A stretch of 64,000 nucleotides of DNA from Mobula hypostoma. Lineage: Eukaryota. A program made the translations under genes and the position numbers. The stretch is taken from contig NC_086097.1 of NCBI RefSeq assembly GCF_963921235.1, positions 238,206,001 to 238,270,000 on the forward strand, in the 5' to 3' direction. The notes beneath the pieces were generated by a model. That model worked only from the letters and a program-made list of their open reading frames with translations. It ran no database searches and had not been told where the DNA came from. This document shows positions 62,048-64,000 of the stretch, in pieces. The first letter of the stretch is position 1. Each line of letters opens with the position of its first letter.

Positions 62048-62799
62048 GTCATATATCTAGACGCGCTCTCTCTCTGTGAAGGTGAATGCAAGTTGTAAAT
62101 AACATTGAAACTATCACCTCGGTATGTAAATTTTTCAGATTAGGAATTATGCAACGCTTAGTATTGAGTAAATCAGTAAAGTCAATAAATAACAAACTAT
62201 CATGAACTAACATAGTCTTCATCAAACGTTTTACAGAGTATAAGAAAAATTAAATAAACATGTCATCTCACCAGCCCACTCTAGATTTGCCAGGCTCTCA
62301 GTCAAAGTCAGAATTATTATCACTGACTTGCAAGATGTACAAAATTAAACACAAGAGGTTCTGTAAATATTAGAATCCTTGAGCATGTCCAAGTACAAGT
62401 ACAAGATGGCATGAGTTATAGAACTATAAATTCATGAAGATTTCATCCTCTGCTTTTATCCCCCATTTGGGTGCAGAGCTGAAAGTTGGGGTGAAGGGCT
62501 TCTTGTGCCCATCAGATGTGGATCAGCGAGCTTTTCAATTGTGTGGTCGTCAAGAATAAACCTCTTATCAAATGTCATCAAATGCACATACTGTAATATA
62601 GAAGAAATTACAGATGGTACTCAGACATTAGAATCTTGCATGATTTTTCTCCCTTCCTAGCCTGGTGGTAGTGACCATCTTTCTGCTGTACAGTACTCCA
62701 CAACATACACCAAATGAATATGTACATAATGTTAAGCTTCAAACTAGCAATCCACCTTTAGGTACATAAATTTACCATTGTTAAAGTAAACCAGTTGCT

Positions 62800-63220
62800 G
62801 GCTCCTTATCCAGCATGGATAACTTCACTCACCTCAACTTTGAACTGATTCCACAACCTGTGTACTCACTTTGAAGGATTCTACAACTCGTGTTCTCAAT
62901 ATTATTTATCGTAAGAGAAAAGTTGAAGATGTTGGAAATTCCAATGAAGGGTCTTGACCTGAAAAGTTGCCCGTTTACTCTTTTCCACAGATGCTTCCTG
63001 GCCTGCTGAGTTCCTCCAGCATTTTGTGTGCATTGCATTAATTATTATTTATTTTTTAAAAATTTGCACATTTTGACTTCTTCTGCACATTGGTTGTTTG
63101 TCAGTCTTTGTGTGCCATTTTTCATTGATTCTATTGTATTTCTCTGTTCTACTGTGAACAAATCTCAAGGTAGTATATGGTGGAGTTTACCTACTTTAAT
63201 AATGAGCTTACAAATAGTTT
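62800..63220 (+). mobile_element. Rex1-type tail interrupted by a Penelope pLTR fragment (about 62915-63033)
   Basis: Homologous to the reverse complement of 28883-29170; degenerate hammerhead at 62941-62972. Confidence 0.6.
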
Positions 63221-63263
63221 AACAATCCAACAAGAATTAGAGATACCTGAAAATATAATGTAA

Positions 63264-63650
63264 AGACCATAAGACATAGGAGTCATTTAGCCCATCGTGT
63301 CTGCACCAGCATTCCATCATTTCATCCCTCTAAACCCTATTCTCCTGATTTCTCTCTGAAACCTTTGGTGCCCTTACTACAAGAACCTATCAACCTCTGC
63401 TTTAAATATACCCAGTGACTTAGCCTCCACAGCCATTGGAAGCAATGATTTCCACAAATTCACTACCCTCTGGCTAAATAAATCATCATCTCTGTCCTTC
63501 TATTCTGACGCTGTGTCCTCTGATCCTAGAGTCCAGCACTATAGGAAACGTTCTCACCACATTCACTCTGTCTACGTTCTTTCAATATATATCGTTTTCA
63601 CTGAGATGACCCCACCCCAGATTCTGGGTACAGGTCCAGAGCCATCAAAT
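63264..63650 (-). mobile_element. Old CR1 3' fragment
   Basis: aagaccataagacatagg tail. Confidence 0.65.
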
Positions 63651-64000
63651 ACTGACAGAAATAATCAATCTGGTTGTTTTTTTTTATTTCTGAAGTGTTT
63701 CCTCATGGATCTTTGTCTTTCTATATCTGTACATATTAATGATGGATTTTTTTTCATAATCTTGTAAAGAATACAAGTGTAAAGCAAATTTAGTTAATCT
63801 TGTTAGGCATCTTTAACCACAAGTTACAAATTAAATTATATTACTGGTTTTGTTGGTGCGGTATCTCATCTGCAGGAATGTAACAAAAAGATCAGCCTTC
63901 ACACTTAATTCCTTTAAACCTCTACTTAACAGTTGTAAATATCTTGAGCAAATATTCTTTCTCATTATAAATTTTAATCTGAGTGTAGGAAGACTGATGA

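Noticed and set aside
1..64000. CRISPR arrays, prokaryotic operons or retron-like RT systems
   Set aside because: The sequence is eukaryotic; all RTs belong to LINE or Penelope clades, and no regularly spaced repeat array was seen.

Overview
Repeat-dense vertebrate genomic DNA with no recognisable host protein-coding gene, tRNA or rRNA. The repeat mix (CR1, Rex1/Babar, Penelope-like, V-SINE, RTE, Tx1/L1, hAT, Tc1, Tigger) suggests a cartilaginous fish, probably a ray; this is an inference. Most of the window is nested transposon debris. Well-supported elements are three young, near-identical CR1 copies (one with a 627-aa open RT frame), a 4.3-kb hAT with TIRs and a perfect 8-bp TSD, two solo LTRs with 5-bp TSDs, a Tigger4-like element, and Tx1 and L1 3' ends. 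Two signals stand out. First, about 10 Penelope pseudo-LTR copies carry a minimal type I hammerhead ribozyme motif, several as tiny TSD-flanked inverted fold-back insertions with junctions at the ribozyme. Second, a composite non-autonomous element occurs twice, bounded at both ends by a complete palindromic ~66-bp Tc1-type mini-MITE around a captured LINE 3' tail. Family names come from motif recognition, not database searches. Boundaries of old fragments are approximate.
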